A DNA stretch of 64,000 nt, taken from positions 160,001 to 224,000 of the forward strand of contig CAWFGE010000010.1 of NCBI GenBank assembly GCA_963815195.1. Reading direction: 5' to 3'. Shown here in pieces: positions 12,487-22,182 of the stretch; position 1 is the first letter of the stretch; every line of letters begins with the position of its first letter. Both the position numbers and the translations under genes were made by a program. The notes below the pieces were generated by a model that had not been told where the DNA came from, ran no database searches, and saw only the letters and a program-made list of their open reading frames with translations. This DNA comes from an uncultured Planctomycetaceae bacterium (lineage in GTDB: Bacteria > Planctomycetota > Planctomycetia > Planctomycetales > Planctomycetaceae).

Positions 12487-13245
12487 ATGAGGCTACTCAG
12501 TTACAACATCCACAAAGGCATCGGCGGCCGCGACCGGAGATACCGGCTCGAACGCGTGATCGAGGTCATCGAAGAGGAAAACCCGGATTTGATCTGCCTG
12601 CAGGAAGTGGACCGGAACGTCAGGCGGTCGAAGTTTCACAATCAGCCGCAACTCCTGGCCGAATATTTCCAAGCCGCCGAGCACTTTTACCAGCTCAACG
12701 TGCCGCTCAAAACCGGCGGGTATGGGAATTTGATCCTCTCGCGGTGGCCGTTTCACTCGAAGCATCAAGTTTCGCTCCGGCTCAAAAACAAAAAGCCGCG
12801 CGGGGCCCAACTTGTGGTCGTCGATTCTCCCGAAGGTCCGTTGCATCTTGTGAATTGGCATCTGGGCCTCGCGGAAGCGGAGCGGCGCTGGCAGGTTCGG
12901 CATTTGCTCGAGCACCGCTTGTTCGAGGAATCCGCCCATCTGCCCACGGTCATCCTGGGCGATTCCAACGACTGGCGAAACCAACTCGGCAACGTGGTCT
13001 TTAATGGGCACAGCTTCGAAGAAGCCACCACCCCGCCGTCGCGGTTCCGCTCGTTCCCCGCCTACCTGGCGATGGGTTCGCTCGACAAACTCTTTTACCG
13101 CGGCGACATTTTCGTCCGGCATGTCCGCGTCGTCCGCACCGCGATGGCCAAGATCGCCTCCGATCATCTGCCCCTCGTCGTCGACCTGCACCTCAGAACG
13201 GAGTTCCTCGACCAAATCTCCGACGACCTCTCGCTGGAACCATAA
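12487..13245 (+). CDS. Endonuclease/exonuclease/phosphatase family protein
   Basis: 'LSYNIHKG', 'DLICLQEVD', 'GDSNDW', 'LDKLF', 'SDHLPL'. Confidence 0.92.
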   Translation: MRLLSYNIHKGIGGRDRRYRLERVIEVIEEENPDLICLQEVDRNVRRSKFHNQPQLLAEYFQAAEHFYQLNVPLKTGGYGNLILSRWPFHSKHQVSLRLKNKKPRGAQLVVVDSPEGPLHLVNWHLGLAEAERRWQVRHLLEHRLFEESAHLPTVILGDSNDWRNQLGNVVFNGHSFEEATTPPSRFRSFPAYLAMGSLDKLFYRGDIFVRHVRVVRTAMAKIASDHLPLVVDLHLRTEFLDQISDDLSLEP

Positions 13246-13274
13246 AAACCGAAGCCCGACGAAAGGCCGGTTCG

Positions 13275-13338
13275 TGAGCGGTTGGGCGCTAGCCGCCGGT
13301 TTTGGGAAATCACCGGCGGCTCAGCGCCGTTCCGCTCA
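13275..13338. repeat. REP-like inverted-repeat doublet (family also at 21755-21820)
   Basis: tgagcggttgggcgctagccgccggt ... accggcggctcagcgccgttccgctca; a similar arrangement lies at 21755-21820. Confidence 0.65.
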
Positions 13339-13425
13339 GGGTCGCGGCATGGTGGATTTCTCTTGCGGGTTTCCGTAGGCTAAAACCTTCAAACAGATTT
13401 CACATCCTGGAGAGAGGCTGCTGCG

Positions 13426-15075
13426 ATGAATCGATCGACCGTCCGCCCATGGACTTGCCTCTTCGCGCTGTTGGCCGTGGGGTTGGGGAACCTGCCGCGG
13501 ACCGGCGCCGCCGAGAAAACCCGCCCGAACATTCTGTTCGCCTTCGCCGACGATTGGGGCCGGTGCGCGAGCATCTATGCGGAGACCGACGGCCAAGGCG
13601 GCCTCAATGATGTGGTCAAAACGCCAAATTTCGACCGCATCGCCAAGCAGGGTGTGCTGTTCAAGAACGCCTTCGTGAACGCCCCGTCTTGCACGCCCTG
13701 CCGGAGTTCGCTGTTGTCAGGCCAATACTTCTGGCGGACCGGTCGCGGGGCGATTCTGCAGGGGGCCGTTTGGGATGAGAGCATCCCCGTCTGGCCGCTG
13801 ATGCTCAAAGACGCCGGCTACCACATCGGCAAGACCTTTAAAGTCTGGAGCCCCGGCACGCCCGCCGATGCCCCGTACGGCGGAAAAACCTACAGCTATC
13901 AACAATCCGGCGGCCGCTTCAATCAGTTCTCGCAGCAGGCCACGCGAATGGTCGCGCAGGGCAAATCGGTCGCAGCAGCCAAGGGCGAACTCTTCGACGA
14001 GGTTCGCGGGAATTTCTCCAAGTTTCTCTCCGAACGCAAAGGCGACGAGCCGTTCTGCTATTGGTTCGGCCCCACCAACGTGCACCGCAAATGGGTCAAA
14101 GGCTCGGGCAAGGCCTTGTGGAACTTCGAGCCGGATTCCCTCAAAGGCAAACTCCCGCCCTTCCTGCCGGACGTGCCCGTCGTCCGCGAGGACATGGCCG
14201 ATTACTTCGGAGAGATTTTGGCCTTCGATACCGCGCTCGGCATCTTGACGGAAGAACTCAAAAAGGCCGGCGAGCTGGACAATACATTGATCGTCATCAG
14301 CGGCGATCATGGCCCGCCCGGTTTTCCGCACGGCAAATGCAACTTGTACGATTTCGGCACCGAAGTCGCCTTGGCGATTGCCGGGCCGGGCGTCCAGGGC
14401 GGCCGGGTGGTCGATGACTTCGTCTGCCTGCCGGATTTGGCTCCAACGTTCCTGGAGACCGGCGGCGTCAAAATTCCCGACGTGATGACCGCCAAGAGCA
14501 TCTGGCCCACGCTCAAATCCGACCGCGAAGGCCTGGTGGACTCCACGCGGACGCAGGTCTTCACCGGACGGGAACGCCACGTCGCCACCGCCCGCGCAAA
14601 CGCGCTCCCCTATCCGCAGCGGTGCATTCGCACGGCGGAGTATTCCTTCATTATCAACTTCCGCCCCGACCGCTATCCGCTGGGCGATCCGTACCGTCTC
14701 GATAGCGACAATCCTCCCACCGCCAACGAAATCACCAACAACACCTTCGCCACGCTGCCCGATGAAGACGCCAGCCCCACCAAAGCCTGGATCGTGGAAC
14801 ATCGAAACGACCCGAAGTGGAAGAAATATTTCACCGAAGCCTACGGCAAACGCCCTCGCGAGCAACTTTTCGATCTGAAAAAGGATCCCTTCCAAATGCA
14901 CAACGTCGCCGGCGACCCGGCTTATGCGGACGCGGTCAAAAAACTGCGGGATCGGCTCGTCACGGAACTCAAAACGTCGGGCGATCCGCGAATGATCGAT
15001 GACGGCAAATACTTCGAAACCCCGCCCCTCGCCGGCCCTGTGAATAACAACCGCAATCGCAACCGCAACAAATAG
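13426..15075 (+). CDS. Sulfatase (Cys-type, sulfamidase-like)
   Basis: Signal peptide, '[10 protein letters not shown]', formylglycine motif '[11 protein letters not shown]'. Confidence 0.92.
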   Translation: MNRSTVRPWTCLFALLAVGLGNLPRTGAAEKTRPNILFAFADDWGRCASIYAETDGQGGLNDVVKTPNFDRIAKQGVLFKNAFVNAPSCTPCRSSLLSGQYFWRTGRGAILQGAVWDESIPVWPLMLKDAGYHIGKTFKVWSPGTPADAPYGGKTYSYQQSGGRFNQFSQQATRMVAQGKSVAAAKGELFDEVRGNFSKFLSERKGDEPFCYWFGPTNVHRKWVKGSGKALWNFEPDSLKGKLPPFLPDVPVVREDMADYFGEILAFDTALGILTEELKKAGELDNTLIVISGDHGPPGFPHGKCNLYDFGTEVALAIAGPGVQGGRVVDDFVCLPDLAPTFLETGGVKIPDVMTAKSIWPTLKSDREGLVDSTRTQVFTGRERHVATARANALPYPQRCIRTAEYSFIINFRPDRYPLGDPYRLDSDNPPTANEITNNTFATLPDEDASPTKAWIVEHRNDPKWKKYFTEAYGKRPREQLFDLKKDPFQMHNVAGDPAYADAVKKLRDRLVTELKTSGDPRMIDDGKYFETPPLAGPVNNNRNRNRNK

Positions 15076-15089
15076 AAAGCTGTTTTCCT

Positions 15090-16517
15090 ATGATGCGCTG
15101 TATTCGACTGACGCTCTGGCTCTTCGCCGTCGGCCTGTTGTTGGATTCATCGAAATCCCACGCCGCGGACACGCCGAACTTTATTGTGATCAACATTGAC
15201 GACCTCGGCTACGGGGACATCGGGCCTTATGGCAATCAGAAAAACCGCACGCCGAACCTCGACCGCATGGCGAAGGAAGGCCGCAAGCTGACGTGCTTCT
15301 ATGCCGCCCCGGTCTGCTCGCCGTCGCGGTCTTCGCTGATGACCGGCTGCTATCCCAAGCGGGTCTTGAGCATCCCGCACGTCCTCTTTCCCGGCAATGC
15401 CGAGGGGCTTGATCCGGCGGAGATCACGATCGCGGAACTCCTCAAAAAACAGGGCTACGCGACGGGCATCATCGGCAAATGGCATTTGGGCGATCAGCCG
15501 ATCTTTCTGCCCACCCGGCAAGGCTTCGATTACTACTATGGGCTGCCTTATTCCAACGACATGGGCCCCGCGGAAGACGGCGTGAAAAGCAATCTGGGCC
15601 GCCCCCTCCCGAAACCGAGAAAAGGCCGCGGCCAGCCGCCTTTGCCTTTGATGCGAAACGAAACCGTGCTTCAACGGGTGCTGCCGGACGATCAGCAAAA
15701 ACTCGTCGAGCGCTACACGGAGGAAGCGATTGGTTTCTTGGAGAAGCACAAGTCGGAGCCGTTCTTTCTCTACCTGCCGCATTCCGCGGTGCATTTTCCG
15801 CTGTATCCCGGGAAGGCATTCGCGGGCAAATCGAACAACGGCCTCTACGGCGATTGGGTGGAAGAAGTCGATTGGAGCGTCGGGCAGGTCATGAGTGCTC
15901 TCCGCAAACTGAAGCTCGATCAAAACACGCTGGTGATTTTTACATCGGACAACGGCGGACAACTCGCCCACGGCGCCAATAACTTTCCGCTCCGGGGCAG
16001 CAAAGGCTCGACCTGGGAAGGGGGCATGCGCGAACCGACCATCGCCTGGTGGCCCGGAAAAATCCCGGCAGGCACCGAGACCGCGGAAATCACGAGCATG
16101 ATGGACCTCCTGCCGACATTCGTCAAACTCGCGGGCGGCGAAGTGCCCAGCGATCGAAAGCTCGACGGCGGCGACATCTGGCCGCTGCTCATGGGCGACA
16201 AAAACGCCAAGTCTCCGTACGAGACGTTTTACTATTATCGCGGCCTCAACCTGCAAGCCATCCGCCAGGGCGATTGGAAGCTGCATCTTGCGAAGGGCGA
16301 ACTTTATAACCTAAAGACGGACATTTCCGAATCGAAAGACGTCGCCGGGGAACATCGCGAAATCGTCGCCCAGCTTCGCGAAGCCGCGAAGCAAACCAAA
16401 GACGACCTGGGAACCGAGGGCCTCGGTCCCGGCTGCCGACCCCTCGGCAAAGTCAAAAACCCTCAGCCGCTCATCAACCACGAAGGCAAAATCCGCGAAG
16501 GCTTCGCCGCGGAATAG
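15090..16517 (+). CDS. Arylsulfatase A-like sulfatase
   Basis: 'DDLGYGD', 'CSPSRSSLMTG', 'GKWHLG', 'SDNG'. Confidence 0.93.
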   Translation: MMRCIRLTLWLFAVGLLLDSSKSHAADTPNFIVINIDDLGYGDIGPYGNQKNRTPNLDRMAKEGRKLTCFYAAPVCSPSRSSLMTGCYPKRVLSIPHVLFPGNAEGLDPAEITIAELLKKQGYATGIIGKWHLGDQPIFLPTRQGFDYYYGLPYSNDMGPAEDGVKSNLGRPLPKPRKGRGQPPLPLMRNETVLQRVLPDDQQKLVERYTEEAIGFLEKHKSEPFFLYLPHSAVHFPLYPGKAFAGKSNNGLYGDWVEEVDWSVGQVMSALRKLKLDQNTLVIFTSDNGGQLAHGANNFPLRGSKGSTWEGGMREPTIAWWPGKIPAGTETAEITSMMDLLPTFVKLAGGEVPSDRKLDGGDIWPLLMGDKNAKSPYETFYYYRGLNLQAIRQGDWKLHLAKGELYNLKTDISESKDVAGEHREIVAQLREAAKQTKDDLGTEGLGPGCRPLGKVKNPQPLINHEGKIREGFAAE

Positions 16518-16528
16518 GTGCCCTGATT

Positions 16529-17893
16529 ATGTATCCTAAATTCATCGTTGCAGTGCTTGCATCTGTATTAACATCGGTGCAATCTCTCAATGTTTTGGCG
16601 GCGGACCAAAACCGGGACCGGCCGAACATTGTGTTTATTCTCGCCGATGATCTGGGGTACGGTGACTTGAGTTGCTATGGGCATCCAAAGGCGAAAACAC
16701 CGCATTTGGATCGGTTGGCGAAACAGGGCGTGAAGTTCACGCAGCACTATGCCAACGGCCCGGAGTGCAGCCCCACTCGCACCGCATTTCTCACCGGAAG
16801 GTATCAGCAGCGGGCGGGCGGATTGGAATGCGCGATCGGCACGGGCAACGTCGGCCGCTATGATGATGCGATTCGCCTCGCGAATCAAAGAGAACTCGGA
16901 CTGCCCGCTGTCCAATCGATCCTGCCCCGCGCCGTGAAACAAGCCGGCTACACCTGCGGCATCTTCGGAAAATGGCATCTGGGCTATGAGCCGCAATTCA
17001 ATCCGATGGTGCACGGCTGGGACGAGTTCTTCGGCTACTTGGGCGGGAATGTGGACTACTTCACGCATCGCGAAACCAGCGATCTGCACGTCCTGTTTCG
17101 CGGCAAGCTGCCGGTGTATCGGCCGGGCTATATGACGCATCTCATCACCGATGATTCCATCGCCTTTATCGAGAAGCACGAACAGCAGCCGTTTTTCCTC
17201 TATGTCGCCCACGAAGGCCCGCACTTTCCCTATCAAGGCCCCAAGGATCAAGACAAGGTCGTCAACGAAGCCAATTGGAACGTGCCCGACGCCGCGACTT
17301 ATCTCGCCATGCTCGAAGATCTCGACAAAGAAGTCGGCCGTTTATTGATGGCGATCGATCAAACCGGTCTTGCCGAAAACACCGTGGTCGTTTTTGCCTC
17401 CGACAACGGCGGCATCGCGGCCTCGGCTCATCAGGGCGGTCTTCGCGGTTCAAAAAGCAGCACGTTTGAAGGCGGCATCCGCGCACCGCTCATCATCCGC
17501 TGGCCCGGAAAGATCAAGCCGAACACTGTCAGCGATCAAGTCTCCGCCACGTTCGATCTCACCGCTTCGTTCTTAAAACTGGCCCAAGCGGATCCCGGCG
17601 ATCATCATCTTGATGGCTACGATATCGTCGGCCATATCACCGAAGCCCGCAAGGATTTCTCGCGCACGTTGTTTTGGCGCGGCAAGCGCGGCGAGTCGGC
17701 ATGGTGGGGCGTCCGCGACGGCGATCTCAAATATGTCCGCAATCAAGACGGCGGGCAAACCGAAGACTGGATGTTCGATCTGGCCAATGATAAGGGAGAA
17801 CAGAACAACCTCATCAAAACGCAGCCCGACGCCGCGGCAAAGCTCAAACAAAAACTGGCCGAGTGGGAACAAGACGTGAAAGCCGTGCGTTAA
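16529..17893 (+). CDS. Sulfatase (Cys-type)
   Basis: 'PNIVFILADDLGYGD', 'CSPTRTAFLTG', 'GKWHLG'. Confidence 0.93.
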   Translation: MYPKFIVAVLASVLTSVQSLNVLAADQNRDRPNIVFILADDLGYGDLSCYGHPKAKTPHLDRLAKQGVKFTQHYANGPECSPTRTAFLTGRYQQRAGGLECAIGTGNVGRYDDAIRLANQRELGLPAVQSILPRAVKQAGYTCGIFGKWHLGYEPQFNPMVHGWDEFFGYLGGNVDYFTHRETSDLHVLFRGKLPVYRPGYMTHLITDDSIAFIEKHEQQPFFLYVAHEGPHFPYQGPKDQDKVVNEANWNVPDAATYLAMLEDLDKEVGRLLMAIDQTGLAENTVVVFASDNGGIAASAHQGGLRGSKSSTFEGGIRAPLIIRWPGKIKPNTVSDQVSATFDLTASFLKLAQADPGDHHLDGYDIVGHITEARKDFSRTLFWRGKRGESAWWGVRDGDLKYVRNQDGGQTEDWMFDLANDKGEQNNLIKTQPDAAAKLKQKLAEWEQDVKAVR

Positions 17894-17908
17894 GAACCGA
17901 TCGAGAGA

Positions 17909-18794
17909 TTATTGTCGCGCGAGGCCTTCCTGTTCGCAGGTCGGCCCAATGTCGGCGACGGTGGCGCGCTGCACGTCGCGGGGCCAGCGGATGTCGTCGA
18001 ACGCCGTGCCCCGGTGCATCGTGCAGCGGTCGTCCCACATGATGAGATCGTGCACGCGGTAGCGGTGGATGTACACAAACTCCGGCCGGGTCGCGTGGGC
18101 AATCAGTTCATCGATCAAGGCCCGGCCTTTCGCGTCGGGCCAACCGAAAATCCTCCCCGCATGCGAGGCGAGATACAGCGTCTTTCGGCCGGTCTGGGGA
18201 AGCGTCCGCACCACCCTTTGCGGGACCGGCGGCATCGAAGCTTTTTCCTCTTCCGAAAAATCCGTGAACCCGATCCGCGCGGGAAAAGCGAATGCAATGC
18301 TCGGCGATCAAACCTTCCAGGTCGCGCTTTTGCGATTCGGGAAGCGCAGCATACGCGGCCCTCAGATCGGCAAACTCCGTCCGGCCGCCCACCGGCGGAA
18401 TGGACCGCGCATAAAGCAGCGACGCGAGAGCCGGTGTCAACCGGAAGGAAGCGTCGGTGTGCCAGAGCCGATTGCCCATCTCGTGCAGCCGGCGGGCGCT
18501 CGCAGCCTCCCAAATCTTGTCGCCCGCGGTGAGGTTGGAGACATCGGCAATTTCCGCGGGCACGCGGAGCTTGCTGCCGGGGCGGTATTGCTCGATCGAA
18601 GTTTGCAGAGGCCCGAATCGCCGGGCGAATTCCAGGTGCTGTTCGGTGCTCAGGTGCTGGCCGGGAAAAACCAGCACGGCATAGGTCCAAAACGCCTCCT
18701 GAATCTGCTCCAGTTGCTCGTCACCCAAGGGCTGGGACAAATCGACGTCGCCCACCTCGGCCGCAAAACTCGGCGTGATCGGATCGATGACCAA
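17909..18794 (-). CDS. TauD/TfdA-family Fe(II)/2-oxoglutarate dioxygenase, frameshift near 18280
   Basis: 'FAAEVGDVDL', 'WHTDASF', 'GGRTEFADLR' in ORF 18108..19151; 'DLIMWDDRCTMHRG' in ORF 17909..18235. The TTG start at 18794 is inferred. Confidence 0.85.
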
Positions 18795-19083
18795 ATTCGT
18801 TTCCCTCGCAAAATCTCGCCAGGAGAGGCCCCAGGACAAGGTTTCACTGTAACATGTCCGGAGCAGAACTGCCTTCCGAGATTTTTCTCTCTTCCTGTCG
18901 GCCGGAACGCGGGAATCGCGATAAGCTGCTGAGGCGCGAGCAGGATCCCTTTCGCAAAATCGAAAGACGGCCCTTGATTTCAGCGGGCGTTGCGTCAAAC
19001 TGTGAAGGGATTGCCCTCCGCATTTCTGTTTCGCATTGATCCGCTTTCCGCCGCGCACGTCCGCCGAGTTGGAGCCGTGATTT

Positions 19084-20211
19084 ATGAATTCCGACCGCGA
19101 AGAACTGGACCGGGAACCAACGGTCGGGACCGAGCCGGCCGCCGAGAGCATCCCCGCGGAAACCGCGGCCGGGAAAGATGCTCCGCCCCAAACGGAGCCG
19201 CCGGCTTCGGACGGAATGCTGGTGCATCTTCAGGAGCAGTTACGGGAAATGCGCCAGCGGTTTGACGCCACGGAATGGCAGATCGCCGGCTATCTCCGCG
19301 AGAAGACCGGTCCGAAGCATGCGTCGGAGGCCAACGGCGAGGCGATGGCCCACGTGCAGGAAGGCATCGACCGGCTGCTTTCTCGATTTGACGAGATGAA
19401 GGCCGGCCTCTCTTTGAAGAACGATCAGGCAGCGCAAACCCAGCAACCCGAGCACAGCCTCGGCTCTCAGGAAGTGCTCGAGACGCTCAAAAAGCTCGCG
19501 GCATCCCAGGAAGATCTGGCCCGGAAGATCGTGGGAACGCTCGGCAAGCGGTTGAGCGAGGAACTCGATTTGCTCCGATTTCAGCAGATTGTCCACGAAA
19601 CCTTGACCACGGAATGGGACCGCCGGGAAGCCGAGGCCGAGGCCAAAGCCCGCGCCCAAGCGGAGGCGGAGGCGGAGGCCGAAGCTCTGGCCGAGTCCGA
19701 ACTGGACATCGCGCTCGCGGAAGTCGTTGAGGAACCGCCGGAACCGGAAAGCGATCTGTCGGCCGCGGCCTGGTCGCGGGCGATTTGGGGGGCGGAACTT
19801 ACCGAGACTCCCGAGTTCCAGCCGTACCTCAAGGAACTTAACCGCCGGCTGCTGGAGGAGGATTCCAGCGTCGCGGCCCTCGCGGGGCAGATGCTGGTGT
19901 TTCGCCACGCCTCCCCGGAAGCCAAGCCGCAACTGCTCAAAGATGTGGGCGAGGCCTATTATCGCACGCGGATCGACGCGGCCGATGGGGAGCATCCGTT
20001 TGAGCGGATCTTGATCCGCTGGCTGCAAAAAGACTGCGACCGCGCGGGGCTGCCGAACACGATCGAAGTCGTACACGTCGGCGAAAGGTTCGACAAATCC
20101 CGGCATTCGAGCACAACCCGCGGCGGAGCCGAAGTCGCCGAGGTCTTCGGCTGGGTGGTCCTCACCGAAGGCGGACGAGTTTACACCCGCGCGAGCGTCG
20201 CAGCCCATTGA
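19084..20211 (+). CDS. Hypothetical coiled-coil protein with GrpE-like C-terminus
   Basis: Long helical region, an EA-repeat linker, and C-terminal 'VGERFDKSRH...EVAEVFGW...RASV'. Confidence 0.6.
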   Translation: MNSDREELDREPTVGTEPAAESIPAETAAGKDAPPQTEPPASDGMLVHLQEQLREMRQRFDATEWQIAGYLREKTGPKHASEANGEAMAHVQEGIDRLLSRFDEMKAGLSLKNDQAAQTQQPEHSLGSQEVLETLKKLAASQEDLARKIVGTLGKRLSEELDLLRFQQIVHETLTTEWDRREAEAEAKARAQAEAEAEAEALAESELDIALAEVVEEPPEPESDLSAAAWSRAIWGAELTETPEFQPYLKELNRRLLEEDSSVAALAGQMLVFRHASPEAKPQLLKDVGEAYYRTRIDAADGEHPFERILIRWLQKDCDRAGLPNTIEVVHVGERFDKSRHSSTTRGGAEVAEVFGWVVLTEGGRVYTRASVAAH

Positions 20212-20384
20212 GCGGCGCGTCGTTGCCGCCTTTTGCGAAACACCCTCTGCAACCTCCAAAGACGCTGGCAATTTGCAGCGGGCATTGAGACAATGACCCG
20301 AAAATGGGAGGGCCAAACCGGCCCGTAGTTCCTCAAAAGCCCGCACGATATTTCTCCGACCGACATTGAAGGAAAAATCGACTC

Positions 20385-20852
20385 ATGGCGACACAACGGA
20401 CTTTGATTCTCATTAAACCCGACGCCCTCCAGCGCCGGTTGGCGGGACGGATCCTCACGCGGTTTGAGGAACGCGGCTTGAAGATCGTGGGGCTCAAACT
20501 GATCCAGGTGACTCCCGAACTCTCGCAGAAACATTACGCGGAGCACGTCAACAAGCCGTTCTATCCGCTCCTGGAATCGTTTATCACCTCCGGCCCGGTG
20601 ATCGCGATGGTCGCCGAGGGCCCGGAAGCGGTTTCCGTCGTTCGCGCGATGATGGGCTCAACCAACGGCCGAGAGTCGGCCCCCGGCACGATCCGCGGCG
20701 ATTACGGCCTCAGCCGGCAGATGAATCTCGTCCACGGCAGCGACGGCGTGGAAGCCGCCGCCCGCGAAATCGAACTCTATTTCCGCTCGGAAGAACTGCT
20801 CGACTACGGCGCCCCGCTCGCGTCCCTCGTCTGTGCCGACGATGAGAAGTAG
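20385..20852 (+). CDS. ndk: Nucleoside diphosphate kinase
   Basis: 'RTLILIKPDA', 'PGTIRGDYG', 'NLVHGSD'. Confidence 0.97.
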   Translation: MATQRTLILIKPDALQRRLAGRILTRFEERGLKIVGLKLIQVTPELSQKHYAEHVNKPFYPLLESFITSGPVIAMVAEGPEAVSVVRAMMGSTNGRESAPGTIRGDYGLSRQMNLVHGSDGVEAAAREIELYFRSEELLDYGAPLASLVCADDEK

Positions 20853-20892
20853 AGAATTCGCGGTGTCTCCGGTTCCTCTGCATTGACAAACA

Positions 20893-20920
20893 AACCGGGG
20901 CTTGCGCCCTGCGGCTAATG
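20893..20920. repeat. 28-bp dispersed REP-like repeat (copies at 25222-25249 reverse and 40359-40386)
   Basis: aaccggggct(t/a)(g/c)cgccctgcggctaatg is seen three times, always intergenic. Confidence 0.8.
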
Positions 20921-20924
20921 AACG

Positions 20925-21726
20925 ATGGATTTTCTCCAGTTAGCAGGCAAAAACCTTCTGGTGTTCGGCGTGGCGAACCGGAAAAGCGTGGCCTTTCACG
21001 TCGGGAAGCTCCTGACCGAATGCGGGGCCAACGTGTTGTATTCCGTCCGTTCGCCCGAGCGGGCCGAGAGCGTGCGGAAGCTCGTGGGCGAAGCTCCGGT
21101 TTACATTTGCGATGTCGGAAACCAATCGCAGATCGACGCCCTCCGCGAATCGGTGGGGAAAGGATGTTTCCACGCTGCATGGGCTGGTGCATTCGATCGC
21201 ATTTGCCGACTACTCCGGCGGCCCCCTGCCTTTCGAGCAGACGCCCCGCGACGCCTTTTTGCACGCGGTCGATGTAAGCTGCTATTCGCTCCTCGCCGTG
21301 GCGAGCGCTTTTCGCGACCTGTTGGACAAACGCGAGGGCAGTGTGGTGACGATCTCCATTTCCACCACGCGGATGGCCGCCGAGAACTACGGCTTCATGG
21401 CCCCGGTGAAGGCGGCCCTCGATTCGTCGCTGTGCTTTCTGGCCAAGTCGTTTTCGCAGGATTCCCAGGTGCGGTTCAATGCCGTCTGTCCGGGCCTCTT
21501 GAAAACCTCGGCCTCGGCGGGGATTCCCGGCTACGTGGACAGCTACCTCTTCGCCGAGAAAGCCACGCTCCGCAAACGCGCCGTCGAGACGGAGGAAGTC
21601 GCAAACGCCGTCGCCTTTCTGCTCAGTCCCCGCTCATCGGGCATCAACACGCAAGGCCTCATCATCGACGCCGGCATGTCGGTGAACTATTTCGACCGGG
21701 ACATTTTGAAATCCGCCAACGAGTGA
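20925..21726 (+). CDS. fabI: Enoyl-ACP reductase, frameshift near 21160
   Basis: '[12 protein letters not shown]' N-terminus; 'LVHSIAFA', '[13 protein letters not shown]' in the second frame. Confidence 0.85.
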
Positions 21727-21838
21727 TTCGGTTTTCTCGAACACTGCGTCAAAAGTGAGCGGCAAGGCGCCAGCCGCCGGTTTTGCGTATCGAGCCGGCA
21801 GCCAGCGACTTGCCGCTCACGGATGGGCGCAAAAAAAA

Positions 21839-22020
21839 GACCTCCACCAAAGGTCCAACCGAAGCGAGTTGCCTGAACCCGTAGGTTCAGGTGGGCACCC
21901 TCCGCCCAGGTTGTGTGAGCCGAGACTCGCTCGGATATACACGCGGCTGGAACTGTCAGGGTTCCCTAATTGAAGTAGTTGTAGGGTTCGGCAAATCGTT
22001 CGTGTTGGATTTGGTAGAGG
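21839..22020 (-). ncRNA. ssrS: 6S RNA
   Basis: About 180 nt. The 5' end CCUCUACCAAAUCCAAC pairs with the 3' GUUGGACCUUUGGUGGAGG to form a rod. The 3' half has GGUGCCCACC-UGAACC...GGUUCAGG, typical of 6S RNAs. A U-tract follows and a sigma70-like promoter lies upstream. Confidence 0.8.
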
Positions 22021-22051
22021 CTTCGCAATCCCTCAAGGATTGCTGTATTAG

Positions 22052-22080
22052 ATCCTAGCATTGCCCCCGAACCTCGGCAA
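22052..22080 (-). promoter_or_regulatory. Sigma70-like promoter for the putative 6S RNA
   Basis: Minus strand TTGCCG-N17-TAGGAT with an extended -10 TG. Confidence 0.55.
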
Positions 22081-22182
22081 GGTGTCATCGTTCAGAATTC
22101 CCGCAGGGGGTTCCGTATGCCGGCCACATTTGTCACCCGGATCATGGTTCACCGAATCAAGATTTTGTGACAAATCATATCT

